A stretch of 64,000 nt of DNA, taken from NCBI RefSeq assembly GCF_963921235.1, contig NC_086118.1, forward strand, positions 20,834,001 to 20,898,000, read 5' to 3'. The notes below the pieces were generated by a model. The model worked only from the letters and a program-made list of their open reading frames with translations, was not told the origin of the DNA and did not search any database. Made by a program: the position numbers and the translations under genes. Positions 1 through 12,695 of this stretch are shown here, in pieces; position 1 is the stretch's first letter; each line of letters begins with the position of its first letter. The stretch is from Mobula hypostoma. Its lineage: Eukaryota.

Positions 1-605
1 TTTACCCTTCCTTATTGTGTCTCTTTCCTTTTTGCCACCTTCCTGGTGTTTTGCATTCACAAACCCAGCTCCTTCAGCATTCATCTCTCCTACTTCCTAC
101 TTATTTGTTCAAGGATTACCCTAAAACTTCTCTCAAAGCTGATATTTTCCAAAACAAAATTGATCCTTTCTTGCTACCTTCTTCTGAGAAACAACTCTAG
201 TTGTCTAATATTATGAAGTGTCATATGGCACCATAGTACAGAAGCAGGCCCTTAAGCCCAACTAGTCCATGCTGACTTGTTTTCCTGCCTTGTCCCATGT
301 ACCTGCATCTGGACGCTAGTCCTCCCTTCCCTTCTCATCCATGTGCCATTCTAAACTTCTCTTAAATGTTGCAATTGAACCCATATCCACCACTTCCACT
401 TGCAGCTTGTTCCATACGTGCGCCACCCTCTGAGTGAAGATCTCCTGAAGGTTTTCCTTAAATATTTTACCTTTCACCCTAACCTATGGCCTCTCGTTTT
501 AGTCTTACCCAACCCCAGGGAAAAGCCTGCATATATTTACCCTTCATAATTTTTATACCTTTACAAGTTCTCCATTTATTCTCCTATGCTCCAGGAAATA
601 AAGTC

Positions 606-1152
606 CATAAGATACAGGAGCAGAATTAGGCCATTTGGTCCATTGCATCTACTCCGCCATTTCATCATGGCTGAACCAATTTTCCTCTCAGCCCCAATCT
701 CCTATCTTCTCCCCGTATCCCTTCATGTCTGACCAGTCAAGAATCTATCAACCTCTGCTTTAAATATACATAAAGACTTGGACTCCACAGCTGCCTGTGG
801 CAAAGAATTCCACAAATTCGGCATCCTCTGGCTAAAGAACTTCCTCATCAGCTCCATTCTAAAAGGACTCCTCTCTATTCTGAGGCTGTGTCCTGTAGGC
901 TTGGACTTTCCCACCATAAGAAACATCCTCTCCACATCCACTCTATCATGGCCTTTCACCATTCGATAGGTTTCAATGAGGTCACCCCTTCATTCTTCTG
1001 AATTCCAGTGAATACAGGCCCAGAGCCACCAAACGCTCTTCATATGACAAGCCATTCAATCCTGGAATCATTTTCATGAACCTCCTTTGACTCCTCACCA
1101 GTTTCAGCACATCGTTTCTAAGATAAGGGGCCCAAACCTGTTCACAATACTC
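606..1152 (-). mobile_element. 5'-truncated CR1 LINE (ORF2 C-terminus plus 3' UTR)
   Basis: Minus ORFs read EYCEQVWAPYLRNDV...LGLYSLEFRRMKG and RKFFSQR..NLWNSLPQAAVE, the typical CR1 ORF2 C-terminus. Confidence 0.88.
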
Positions 1153-1387
1153 CCACACCACGGTACTGTACCCCACACTCCAGTACTGTGCACCACACCA
1201 CCGTACTGTATTCTGGCCCATTCAACTGTTCCTCATAACTCAGATTCCCAAATCCTGAAAACATCTTTATAAATTTTCTTTGTGCTCTTCCAAGTTTATT
1301 GATAACTTTTCTGTAGGTAAATGACTAGAACTGTGACAATAAACTCTACATTTGACCGCTCCAATGTCATATACATCTTCAATAAAA

Positions 1388-1622
1388 GACCATAAGACAA
1401 AGGAGCAGAAGTAGGCCATTCGGCCCATCGAGTCTGCTCCGCCATTTTATCATGAGCTGATCCATTTTATCCTATTTAGTCCCACTGCCCCGCCTTTTCA
1501 CCATAACCTTTGATGCCCTGGCTACTCAGATACCTATCAATCTCTGCCTTAAATACGCCCAATGACTTGGCCTCCACTGCTGCCCGTGGCAACAAATTCC
1601 ATAGATTCACCACCCTCTGACT
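1388..1622 (-). mobile_element. Short CR1 3'-end fragment
   Basis: Begins GACCATAAGACAAAGGAGCAGAAGTAGGCCATTCGGCCC, the same 3' UTR type as 606-1152. Confidence 0.82.
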
Positions 1623-2589
1623 AAAACATCCCAATAACTGTACTCATTGCTCTGACTTATGAAAGCCAATGTTCCATTAGCTCTCTTTATGACCCTGTCT
1701 ACCTGTGAAGTTACTTTCAAGGAATTATAGATCTGTATTTCTGGGTCCCTTTCTTTTACCACACACCTCAGTGCCCTACCATTCACTGTGTAAGTGCTAC
1801 CCTGGTTGTCTTACCATCATGCAGCAGCTCACACATCTGAATTAAATTCTGTCTGCCATTTTACTGTCCATTTTTTTCCCAGCTGGTCCAGATCATGTTG
1901 CTTTGATAGCCTTCCTTGCTGTCACCTATGCTCCTAATCTTGATGCCATCTACAGATTTGCTGATCCAGTTTATCAGATTATCTAAATCATTAATATAGG
2001 TGATAAAGAACAATAGACCCAGCACCGATTCCTGCAGCCCACTACTAGTCACAAGCCTCCAGTCAGAGACACAATCAACTCCTACCACTCTCTGTTTCTC
2101 CCACTAAGCCATTACTGAATCCAATTTACTACTTCATCCTAAGTGCCAAGCAACTAAACCTCCTGGACAGCGGGATTTTGTTAAAAGCAATGCATAGGTC
2201 TATATAGACAACATCCACCACCTTTCATTCATAAACCTTCCTCGTAACCTCCTCAAAAATCTCTTAAGAGCAGTTAGACATGACCTACCATGCACAAAGC
2301 CATATTTTCTCCCTCCTCTGACAATTTCTTTTTTCACTTTAACACCTTGTTCCATTTGTTATACCTCCTATTTAAGATTCGATTTATTTATTTATTTTTC
2401 TTTTCGATTTAAGCATAACAATAAATTTCATATCGAGATTCTTTTACTCTTTTAGCCTCTGTTCTGAGTAACTACTTATTCTCTGTTATTTCCATTTCGA
2501 TGCTCTTTTGTTCTTTCCTCCTTGGAGCTTGTTATGTATTTTTTCTCCCTAAATGTAAAATCTGCCTTCTCAAGATCTTGCCATCAGTG

Positions 2590-3960
2590 TGCCATGATTG
2601 TGATTGCATTCAATGTATTAGGTCCAGGATAGATCCTTGGAGATGTTGATGCCCAGGAACTTGAAGTCACTCACCCTTTCTACCACTGAGCCATCAATGA
2701 AGACTGTGTTCTCCTTCATTTTCTCTCCTTGTACTTCACAATCAGTCATTTGGTTTTGCTGACATGGAGTACAAGGTTGTTGTTGTGACACCACTCAACC
2801 AGATAATCTATTTCACTCCTGTATGCCTCCTCATTGTTATCTGACATTCTGCCAACAATCCATGATGGTGCTTGAGCTGTGCCTATTTCTATAGTCATAA
2901 GTGTAGCCAGAATAGAGCTGTGGGCTAAGCACGTATTCTTGAACTGCGCCTTTGTTGATTGTCAGACAGGAGGATATGTTATTTCAAGTTCCAGTTGCAG
3001 AGAGAGCTACAGGGGCTCAGGTTTTGAAGCTTGTTGATTAGTATTGAGGGGTTGATACAGTTGAATACTGAGCTATAATCAATAAACAGCAGCCTGATAT
3101 TTTTTTTTGTTGTTGTCTGGGTGCTCCAAAGCCGAGTGAAGAACCAGTGAGATTGTGCCCATTATAGACCCTTTGAGCTGATGGGCAAATTGCAGCCTAT
3201 CCAAGTCTTTGTTTAATCAGGAGTTAATTCAAAGTACAAACATTTGTAAATTTATTATGAAAGTACATGTATGTCACCATATGTAACCATGAGATTCATT
3301 TCCTTTTGGACATACTCAATAAACCTGTAATAGAATAATTACCATAAAAGAATCAATGAAAGACTGCACCAACTTGGGCATTCAACCAACCATGACCAGC
3401 TTCTCAAAGCACTTCATCACAGGTGAGTGCTGCAAGACAATAGTTGTTGAGGTATCTCAACCTGCTCTTCTTGGGCACTGGTATGATCAAACATCTATTG
3501 AAGCAGGTAGAACCTCTGACTGCTGCAGTGAGAAGTTGAAGTTGTCCTTGAACTCCCAGCCTGTTGGTTGGCACAAGTTTTCAGTATCCTGCCAGGTACA
3601 CTATCAGGGCCTGATGACTTGTGAGGGCACACTGTCTTCATTGATGTTCTAATCTCAGCCTCTGAGACAGAGGTCACAGGGTTGCCAGATGCTATGGGAC
3701 TTGGCATGTGTAGTATTCTTTTTCCTTTCAAAGAGAGCATATGAAGTGTTAAGCTAATCAGTGAGTGAGGCATCACTGCTATTTACATTGTTAGGATTTG
3801 CTTTATAAGAAGTAATGGCATGCAAACAGAGCAGTCGTGCATCCAGTTGTCTGCTTTACTTCACCAATAATTACCTTTTTGCTCTTGTGATGGCCTTCTG
3901 TAGGTTACACCTGGACTTTTTGTAGGGTTCTGATTGCTGATTTTGAATACCATAGATCTG
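2590..3960 (-). mobile_element. Decayed Rex1/Babar-type LINE fragment(s)
   Basis: Minus-strand RT remnants (KSSGPDSVPGRILKTCANQQAG) with similarity to the better-preserved Rex-type copies in the window. Confidence 0.7.
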
Positions 3961-5104
3961 TCCCTCAGCAGACTGCGCATCAGGGCCTTAGCACTCAGAT
4001 CTGCAACTGGATCTTCAACTTCCTCACAGACAGGACCCAGGCTGTAAAATAGGACAAGCTCTCCTCTACAATCACTCTGAGCACCGGTGCCCCACAAAGC
4101 TGTGTACTCAGCCCCCTGCTGTACTCACTGTACACCCATGATTGTGTAGCCAAGTTTCCATCAAACTCAATATATAAGTTTGCTGATGACACAACAATTG
4201 CAGGCCGTATCTCGGGTAATGATGAGTTTGAGTACAGAGAGGAAATTAAGAACCTGGTGGCATGGTGCGAAAACAATAACCTATCCCTCAACGTCAGCAA
4301 GACGAAGGAATTGGCTGTTGACTTCAGAAGGAGTAGCGGACCGCACGGCCCAATTTACATCGATGGTGCGCAAGTGGAACAGGTCAAAAGCTTTAAGTTT
4401 CCTGAGGGTCAATATCGCAAATGACCTGACTTGGTCCAACCAAGCAGAGTCCACTGCCAAGAAGGCCCACCAGCACCTTTACTTCCTGAGAAAACTAAAG
4501 AAATTTGGCCTGTCCCCTAAAACCCTCACTAATTTTTATAGATGCACCGTAGAAAGCATTCTTCTAGGGTGCATCACAACCTGGTATGGAAGTTGTCCTG
4601 TCCAAGACCGAAAGAAGCTGCAGAAGATAGTGAACACGGCGCAGCACATCACACAAACCAATCTTCTATCCTTGGACTCACTTTACACCGCAAGCTGTCG
4701 GAGCAGTGCTGCCAGGATAATCAAGGACACGACCCACCCAGCCAACAGACTTTTTGTCCTTCTTCCCTCCGGGAGAAGGCTCAGGAGCTTGAAGACTCGT
4801 ACGGCCAGATTTAGGAACAGCTTCTTTCCAACTGTGATAAGACAGCTGACGGATCCTGACCCGGATCTGGGCTGTACCCTCCATATATCCGGACCTGCCT
4901 CTCGGTTTTTTAACATTACCTTACTTTCCATTTTTCTATTTTCTATTTATGATTTATAATTTAAATTTTTAATATTTACTAATTTTTACTATTTTTAATA
5001 TTTAATATGTGTAATCCAGGGAGCGGGAAGCGCAGAATAAAATATCACTGTGATGATTGTACGTTCTAGTATCAATTGTTTGGCGACAATAAAGTATAAA
5101 GTAT
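3961..5104 (+). mobile_element. 5'-truncated Rex1/Babar-type LINE (RT C-terminus plus 3' UTR)
   Basis: GAPQSCVLSPLLYSLYTHDC..KFADDTT then KKAHQHLYFLRKLKKFGLSPKTLTNFYRCTVESIL..RFRNSFFP, with frameshifts. Ends in a short tandem tail AATAAAGTATAAAGTAT. Confidence 0.88.
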
Positions 5105-5289
5105 CTCCTGGATCATCCAGGGCTTTTTGTTTGAGTATTGTCATAAAGTATTAATCAAATATTTGCTGGGAATACAAAAATAAATCCTTTCTTCTCCATA
5201 ACAAACCATCTTTGTACTTTTGCCCGATAACAAGTGCAATTGGTGAGGGCTTCTGTTTATGAATATTTAGCAAGTATTTAAGAAGAAAG

Positions 5290-5600
5290 ATATAATGTTG
5301 ATTAATTACAAAGGTGTAGAGTATAAAAGTGGATCTCTTGCTGCAAGTACTCAGGGTATTGGTGAGACCACACCAAGAGTATATTTTGGAATCTTCATTT
5401 AGAGATGTACGTAATACCAATGGGAGTATTTTAGAGGAATTTCACTAGGTCGATCACTAGGTTGAAGGGATTTTCTTATGAGGAAAATTCAAGTAGGATG
5501 GGCTGCATTCATTGGAGTACAGAAGAACACAAGATAATATTGTTAAAATATTTAAGATTCTGAGGAACCTTGGTAGGAAGTTGCTGAAAGAATCTTTGCC
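5290..5600 (+). mobile_element. Old CR1 LINE fragment
   Basis: Degenerate CR1 ORF2 C-terminal sequence (GVEYKS..LVRPH.EY; KIFKILR). Confidence 0.6.
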
Positions 5601-5685
5601 CTTGCATGGGAACCTAAAGGTAGGAAAAGCAGCTTTAGAGCAAGATGTTCAAGTCAAGGTTAGTATATGGTTATATGCACAAGTG

Positions 5686-5972
5686 CAGTATGGTAGCGTA
5701 GTGGTTAGCACAATGCTTTACAGCACAGGTGACCTGGGTTCAATTCCTGTCGCTGCCTGTAAGGAGTTTGTATGTTCTCCCCGTGATGGCGTGGGTTTCC
5801 TCTGGGTGCTCGGGTTTCCTCCCACAGTCCAAAGATATACTGGTTAGTAGGTTAATTGGTCATTGTAAATTGTCCCATAATTAGGCTAGGATTAAATTGG
5901 GGATTGCTGGGCAGTGTGGCTCGAAGGGTTGGAAGGGCCTATTCCGTGCTGTTTCTCAATAAATAAATAAAT
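5686..5972 (+). mobile_element. tRNA-derived V-SINE (HE1-like)
   Basis: Pol III A box TGGTAGCGTAGTGG and B box GGTTCAATTCC, central V-domain-like GGAGTTTGTATGTTCTCCCCGTG..GGGTTTCC..CCCACAGTCCAAAGA, and an (AAAT)n tail. Confidence 0.85.
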
Positions 5973-5974
5973 AC

Positions 5975-6840
5975 AGTACACATGTACGCAGGTGAAATGA
6001 ACGACATAAGATCTGATACACAATATTCATAAAAATATTAATTAAACATAAACACAAAACAACACAATTAGAGAAAAATAAAACAAATTAGTGCAAAGTA
6101 GTCATATTATTTCTATGCTGAACTAATCATAAGGGTTGTGCATGTTGGTTCATGAACTGCATGCATGATGGGAAGTCTTTGAACCTGGTGGTGTGGGACT
6201 TCAGGCTTCTGTACTTCCCGTCCAGTGACAGCTGTGAGAAGATGCGTGGCATGGATGATGGGGAGGGACGTGCCAGTAATGTACTACTCTCTGCAGCTTC
6301 TTGTATCTCTGTGCATTCAAGTTGCTATACATGACCATGATGTAACTAGACAAGATACTCTTAATAGGACATCCATCAAAGTTTATTAATGTTCATTGAA
6401 GTGCCAGATCTCTTTAATCTACTGAGAAAGACCCAGACATGCCTTTCTTGTGATTGTATCTATGCTCCTGGTTCAGGACAGATCACCTGATATGTTAACG
6501 CCCAGGAATTTAAGGCCGCTGATCCCCTCCGCCGCCATTCACCACTTTAGGCACATGTTCACCTCCCTTCTCCTTTCTGAAATCAATGATCAGTTCTTTA
6601 GTGGAAGTGATGTTGAGCAATACTACTTATGTAGGTGTATTACCTTTGTTCTGTACACTGACTCATCACCACCTGTGATTTGTCCAACAACAGTGATGTT
6701 GGTAAATTTGTATATGGCATTGAAGCTGTGCTTAACCATGCAATTGTTTCCAGAGGGAGTGGAGCAGGGGACGAAGCACATGGCCTTGAGGTGCACCTGT
6801 GTTAATAGTCAGCAAGGAGGAGAGTTTGTTCCTCACTGTT
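5975..6840 (-). mobile_element. Decayed Rex1/Babar-type LINE
   Basis: Reverse complement similar to the RT C-terminus and 3' UTR of other Rex-type copies in the window. Confidence 0.65.
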
Positions 6841-7974
6841 TGAGTGCATTTAAGATATAAGTAAGGTAGTTGGGGGGTGGGGGGTGGATCCTGTTCCAGA
6901 TGCTTGTGAACCTGTGAAATAATCCACCCCTACAGAACAACCCCAGAGGGGTTGGATCATTTAATATATTCCAGACTGAGATATATGGGTCTACAGTTGA
7001 GTCCAGAATGATGGAGACTAGACACAAAGGTGGAACTGAGGCCAAAATCACGTTAGCCTTGATCTTGCTGAATGCATGCCTGGAGGTACTAAATGGCTTG
7101 CTTCTGCTTGCTTTAACAATGTTTTGTACAGCTTGCTGTACTATGCAAATAGAACAATGAAATGTGTGTTTTTAGGGGTGCAAACTTTTAAGTGACTGCT
7201 CAAGAATGGATTTGAAATTTCCAGTTACTTAGTTGAATTGTCCTAATATCAGAAGCTGTTTGAAGTGTTCTGAAATGCTTTCCTATTATAGCTAAGGAGA
7301 GGTGTTGGTATTCAAGTATTAAGAAGGTACGTATATTTCATTGCAGTTGTGCAATGTAGACTGTTTGATATTTGAAATGTGAAATTTCGTTTAACCAAAT
7401 TCAATGCAATCAATCAATTATGGGATTTGTTTTATCTTTTTAAGTCTTTTTGGACCATGTCTTCACACAGAGGAATAGTAATGCTGGGCTCTGGAACTGT
7501 TTGCATTCTAGGCAACCTGTATCATCTTATTCTCAGATCATGTGTAGCATAGCCTTTCTGCTCTTCCTGTAACAATCTCTGTCTCAAATGCCATCCTGGT
7601 AAACATCACGCATTTTTCACCCCAGACATTGCAATGCATTCCTGAGTCAGTTAGTTAATTATTGCAGAAATCTTGACAGTAAATATTGAAAAAGCTAGAA
7701 ATACACAGATCACCTGCCAACTCTGAAAGGAACACAGAATAATGTTTCTGTTATACTTTGATAACCCTATTGAATGACTGTAGACACCACATTACCTTGT
7801 TACAAAGAGTGTTGTAATTTTTCCGGTATCCCCATCTTTTTAAATATTCTTCACTGAAAATACTATATCAATATTGCAAAGAAATAAGATAGTTTATTCC
7901 AAAATACACAACATTGCTGTGGAGAACTCAGTGAAAGACAGAGAAAATAAATAATCTCAAAGTGTAATAATCTG

Positions 7975-8820
7975 GGATTGGTATTAGTTTATCATAGTCA
8001 CATATCCAGTAAAAAGCATGTCTTGCATACTGTTCATACGGATCAAATCATTACACAGAGCATTGAGGTAGAACAAGATAAAACAATAACAATGAAGAAT
8101 AAAGTGTAAAAGCTCAAGAAAAAGTGTGCAGGTAAACAAAGTTCAAGATTATAATGAGTTACAATGTAAAGTCAAGAGCCACACACACAAAATGCTGGAG
8201 CAATTCAGCTAGCTAGGCAGCATCTGTAGAAAAAAATTACAGTCGATGTTTCAGACCAAGACCCAAACGTAACTATACTTTTTTCCATAGATGCTGCCAG
8301 GCCTGCTGAGTTCCTCCAGCATTTTGTGTGTGTTGCTTGGATTTCCAGCATCTGCAGATTTTCTTATTGTACAAGAGTTCCCTTCAAGCTACTGATAACA
8401 TGGGATAGAAGCTGCCCTTGAGTCTAGTGGTAGGTTTTGTAACTTCTGCCTAACAGGAGAAGGGGAAGAGAGAATGTTCCATGTGAGTGGTGTCTTTGAT
8501 TATGCTGGCTGTTTTACTAAGGCAGCGAGAAGTATAGACAGAGCCCATAGAGAGGAGGCTGGTTCCTGTGAAGTTCTGAGCTGGGTCCACAGTTTCTTAC
8601 AGAGCAATTGCCGAACCAAACTTTTATGTATTCAGCTATAAGCCTTTTTTATGCTGCATTGATAAAAATTGATCAGGATTGTTGTGTAAATACCAATTTT
8701 TTTAACCTCATAAAGAATAGAGGCTTTGGTGAGCTTTATTTGCTGTGGCACATCATGATTGGAACAGGGCACGCTGTTGGTGATGTTCACACCCAGAACT
8801 TAAAGCTCTCAACCCTATTG
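7975..8820 (-). mobile_element. Decayed Rex1/Babar-type LINE 3' end hosting a Penelope hairpin
   Basis: Rex-type 3' UTR and C-terminal remnants on both sides of the 8179-8371 insert. Confidence 0.6.
8179..8371. mobile_element. Minimal Penelope-like palindromic element (two inverted termini)
   Basis: ACACACACAAAATGCTGGAG...GGCAGCATCT inverted against AGATGCTGCC...CTCCAGCATTTTGTGTGTGT. Flanked by CAAGAG at 8173-78 and 8372-77, a candidate TSD. Confidence 0.8.
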
Positions 8821-10399
8821 ATAGTGCAGAGGGAAGTACCAGTGATGTATTGATATACCTTTTTGACATTCACTTGAAGTTGCAATCACATTGGCATTGA
8901 AGTGTACCATCTCAGTATTGCTAAGATAGGATACTGAGTCAAGAATTTCACTTGTTTAAAGTTGATGTATTTTTATTTAGAGCAAGTTAGATTTGATTGT
9001 TATAACTCATCTCTAAACTAACTTGGAACTGATTTGATAAATAAATTTACATTTGATGCATTGATATAGAAGTAGAATTGGCTGATAGATGAGAACTTGC
9101 TGCTTTTGTGAACGGGTCTTTGTTGGTAACTGAACTGTGAGAAGAGGGAGACAGTAGCGTGTTTAATTATTTTATCTGAAGGACACTGTGGTTTTGGTTT
9201 AGATCTGGAAGTGGAAGCACGATGGCCGAAGCGTAGAGAGTGGCAGCCTGGGCTTGGAGGACTGTCTGTGTAGGTGGGTAGGAGGGAGGAAAGGGGCTTG
9301 TTTAGCAGTTGTTGTTTTGTTGCTTGTTGTGTTTTGTGTTGTTCTGCTGAGCATTGTGGGTGTGCTGTGTTTGCGCCAGGATGTGTGGCGATACTTGTAG
9401 GCTACTCCCAGCACATCCTTGAGTGTGTTGAATGTTAATGTAAACAAAACATTTCACTGTGTGTTTCAATGTACAGTACTTGTGATAAATAAGTGCATTT
9501 GAGTCTGAATCAAAAATTCATCTGATGGAATTCAGTTTGAACCTTTTAAAATTTTGTCTTCTCAAGGTGAAAAATATCAATGGTGGGGATAGAACTCTTC
9601 CATTTTAGGTAGTCTATGTTGCCGTAAAGTATTCAGAGTTAACTATTGTATGGGATTGTAAAGGTTTTTGTCCTTCACCAAGAATCACTTCCTTAATATC
9701 CAAGTAAACCAGTGCTACAGTTTTACTTTCCATCTCATCCGTTGACGAGTATGACCATATTAGTATACAGTATGACCAATGACAAACAGTAACCGTAGTC
9801 AAATAGTGTTTCTGAACTGAAGTCCGCAAAAGAGTCCCATAGTTCATCGCAGAGCCGAGTAAACGTAGTGGAGCATCGATCTGAACTGGCCCGTAACTTG
9901 CCTCAGGCCCTGACCTTTGCAATCTGGCTCAGCACTTAATCCTCCATCTGAATAACGGGTTCTGCCGCTTCAAGCAGCTATCTGAACTGGCTCACTCCTT
10001 GCCTTGGACCTTGACACCCTGACCTTTTCAGTCTGTCCTGGTGCTTAAATCTCCCATCTGAACAACGGGTTCTGCAACTTGGATGTGCTGGAATTCGCTG
10101 CCTCGATTTGGCCTGTAAGTATCCATCTGAACATAGTCTTCAATCACGTCTGAGGCCTGGACCCCACTGCTTCAAGTTGATCTGTGCCCTACCTTTCATA
10201 TTTTTCCACGCTCTCACCGACAGGCCCAGCTCCTTGCCTTGCTTCAGTTCTGCCACATCGAATTACCTCCAAGTCCGGAGGGAAGTTCCAGATTATTGTT
10301 TGCGATAATCGTTTGCCGGAAAAAATAGTGGTTAACGAAGTATTTAGTTGCTATCCTTGTTTCATTAGTCATCAGCCAGAAGTCGCTGAGGTTCACCAG

Positions 10400-11075
10400 C
10401 GCCATCTTAAAGGAAGATAAAGAAATACAGTATAATTTATGAACAACTGTACATAAATAAAGACTGACAAACAGCCAATGTGCAAAAGAAGACAAGTTGT
10501 GCAAATTCTTCTGAGAATGAGTTGTAGAGTTTTTGAAAGTGAGTCTTAGGTTTTAGAATCAGTTCCAAGTTGAGGTGAGTGAAGTTATCCTCGCTGGTTC
10601 AGGAGCCTGATGGCTGTATGGTAATAACCGTTCCTGAATCTGATGGTGTGGACCTTTGTGCCTTCTTTGTGATGGCACTTATGTGCTGGTCCCAGGACAG
10701 ATCCTCTGATATAATAATGCCAAGGAATTTAAAGTTACTGACCCTCTCAATCTCCGATCCCCTAGTAAGGACTGGCTGATGGACCGTCAGCTGTTTCTTT
10801 CTGTAGTCAATGATCAACTCTGGTTTTGGTGGTGTTGTTGTGGCACCATTCTACCAGATTTCCCATCTCCCTCCTGTATGCCGATTCATCACCGCCCTTC
10901 ATTTGGCTGACAACGGTGGAATTGGAGCTGTACTTAGCCTCATGATCATAGGTATAAAGTCAAAAGAGCAAAGGGCTAAGCACACAGCCTTATGGTACAC
11001 CTGTGCTGATGGTGATTAAGGAAGCAATGTTTTGCCAATTCGTACTGACTGAGGTCTGCAAATGAGAAAATTGAG
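10400..11075 (-). mobile_element. Decayed Rex1/Babar-type LINE 3' part
   Basis: Minus ORF MIIDYRK..GSEIERVSNFKFLGIIISEDLSWDQHISAITKKAQR. Confidence 0.78.
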
Positions 11076-11815
11076 CAAATTGTTGCACCAACATGGAGAT
11101 GTAGACAAGCCCAATATATATTTTCATTTGGGCTGGGGATAGGAGGGGGAGTGGCGAAGATATTGATTCGGTGAATCACCACGCATCACAGTTTGAGAAG
11201 TAAGTACAAAAGTATAGATTGCACCAACTGCAGTTAAGTTGTTAGACAAGGCAGGGCAGAGTTTGACAGGTTACTTGATGCCTTGAGGGCACAACAAAAG
11301 AGTATTGGCTAGGAATATTGTATAGGCTTTGTGCATTTTGCACATGGAATAACCATATTGTTGAACAACTTATGTACACCTTTGTTTAGTTTTACTGTTT
11401 ATCATTCGTTGTATTTTCAATACTTTAACATGGGATGTTTTTATCACTAAACATTAAAATTCCTGAATATACAAACCAAATAAACTGGTCTTGTTTTATC
11501 CTTTAACTAAGATTTTTGTCAAATGAAGGAAGTCTGAATAGTGACATGGTTTTAAGAACATTGACATGTGGGAGCACTTCTGTTACTGCATTCTTGGGAA
11601 GTCATTCAGGATTGAGGATGATTTGATTTCACTCCCATTTTGTTGGTTCTGAGGTGACTAATGCAGCCTATGTGTCACCTGTCATGCACCTGGCCCTGAC
11701 ACACCTAGAAAACAAGGACACTTATGTCAGAATGCTGTTTCTGGATTTCAGTTTAGCATTCAACACTATTGTCCCACAGACCTTGATGAACAAACTCCTA
11801 CTCCTTGGTCTAAAT

Positions 11816-12695
11816 CAAGGGCCCTCAACCTTTTTTGCACCGTGGACCGGTTTAATATTGACAATGTTCTTGTGGACGGGCCGACCCGGCGGGGGGGGGG
11901 AGTGTGGGGGGGGGTTGTTCAAGTAGGGTTAAACTCATCTCAACATGTCTTTTACAATTAGGGTTGCCAACTTTCTCACTCTCAAATAAGGGACAAAAGT
12001 AGCAGTCAAATACTGACGAAGGGTCCTGGCCCGAGACGTTGACTGTACCTCTTCCTATAGTTGCTGCCTGGCCTACTGCGTTCACCAGCATTTTTTGTGT
12101 GTGTTGACGGGACACTTGTGTTTACCACGAGAAAGACTACCATGACCATGAAGCCTTGCACGGGCACCTGTGAGCGCATATGTGACTTGCGCATGCGCGT
12201 ACGTGCCGATTTTTTTTTCCCGCAAATCCGTTTTGCCTTAATCTTCCCGACTACACTGTACATACATTATTTCTACTTTATATAGACTGTGTATTTATCA
12301 TATCATTAATGCTTTTACTATATGTTAGTGTTATTTTAGGTTTTATGTGTTATTTGATATGATATGGTAGGTTAATTTTTGGGTCTAGGAACGCTCAAAA
12401 ATTTTTTCCATATCAATTAATGGTAATTGCTTCTTCACTTTACGCCATTTCGGCACGAAAAGTTTCATAGGGATGCTCTACCTTAGGGGGGGAAATATGG
12501 GAAAGGGTGGTCCCGTATGGGACAAACCAATTTAGCCTGCTATACGGGATGTCCCGGCAAATACGGGACAGTTGGCAACCCTATGTTCAAGTTCAACAGT
12601 GCGTGACAGGGAATGAGGAAAGATGCAGCTGACTCATATCATTTCCTCGCGGCCCGGTAGCACATGCTTTGCGGCCCGGTGGTTGGGGACCGCTG
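11816..12695. mobile_element. Non-autonomous hAT (Charlie-like) element, composite
   Basis: Termini CAAGGGCCCTCAACC and GGTTGGGGACCGCTG (imperfect TIRs) with an exact 8-bp TSD GTCTAAAT at 11808-15 and 12696-703. Confidence 0.88.
11924..12583. mobile_element. Nested non-autonomous hAT (Blackjack-like) element
   Basis: TAGGGTT...GTTGGCAACCCTA ends with an 8-bp TSD TGTTCAAG at 11916-23 and 12584-91. A full TIR copy TAGGGTTGCCAAC starts at 11959, and there are subterminal (C)GGGAC/GTCCCG repeats. Confidence 0.8.

Larger units (their letters stand above)
219..2305 (-). mobile_element. Decayed CR1 LINE 3' portion, interrupted by two younger CR1 3' fragments
   Basis: Minus-strand CR1 RT-like remnants (ORF 1861-2088: SDWRLVTSSGLQESVLGLLFFITYINDLD) and CR1 3' UTR near 219-300. 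Host sequence resumes after both inserts. Confidence 0.8.

Noticed and set aside
4180..4959. 259-aa ORF as a host gene
   Set aside because: It is a frameshift-chimeric reading of a Rex1/Babar RT C-terminus; homologous fragments recur throughout the window.
5686..5755. tRNA gene
   Set aside because: A and B boxes are present but continue into a SINE body and tail, and no complete cloverleaf is evident.
11888..11914. G-run as a functional G-quadruplex element
   Set aside because: It is a homopolymer tract inside the hAT MITE with no independent evidence of function.
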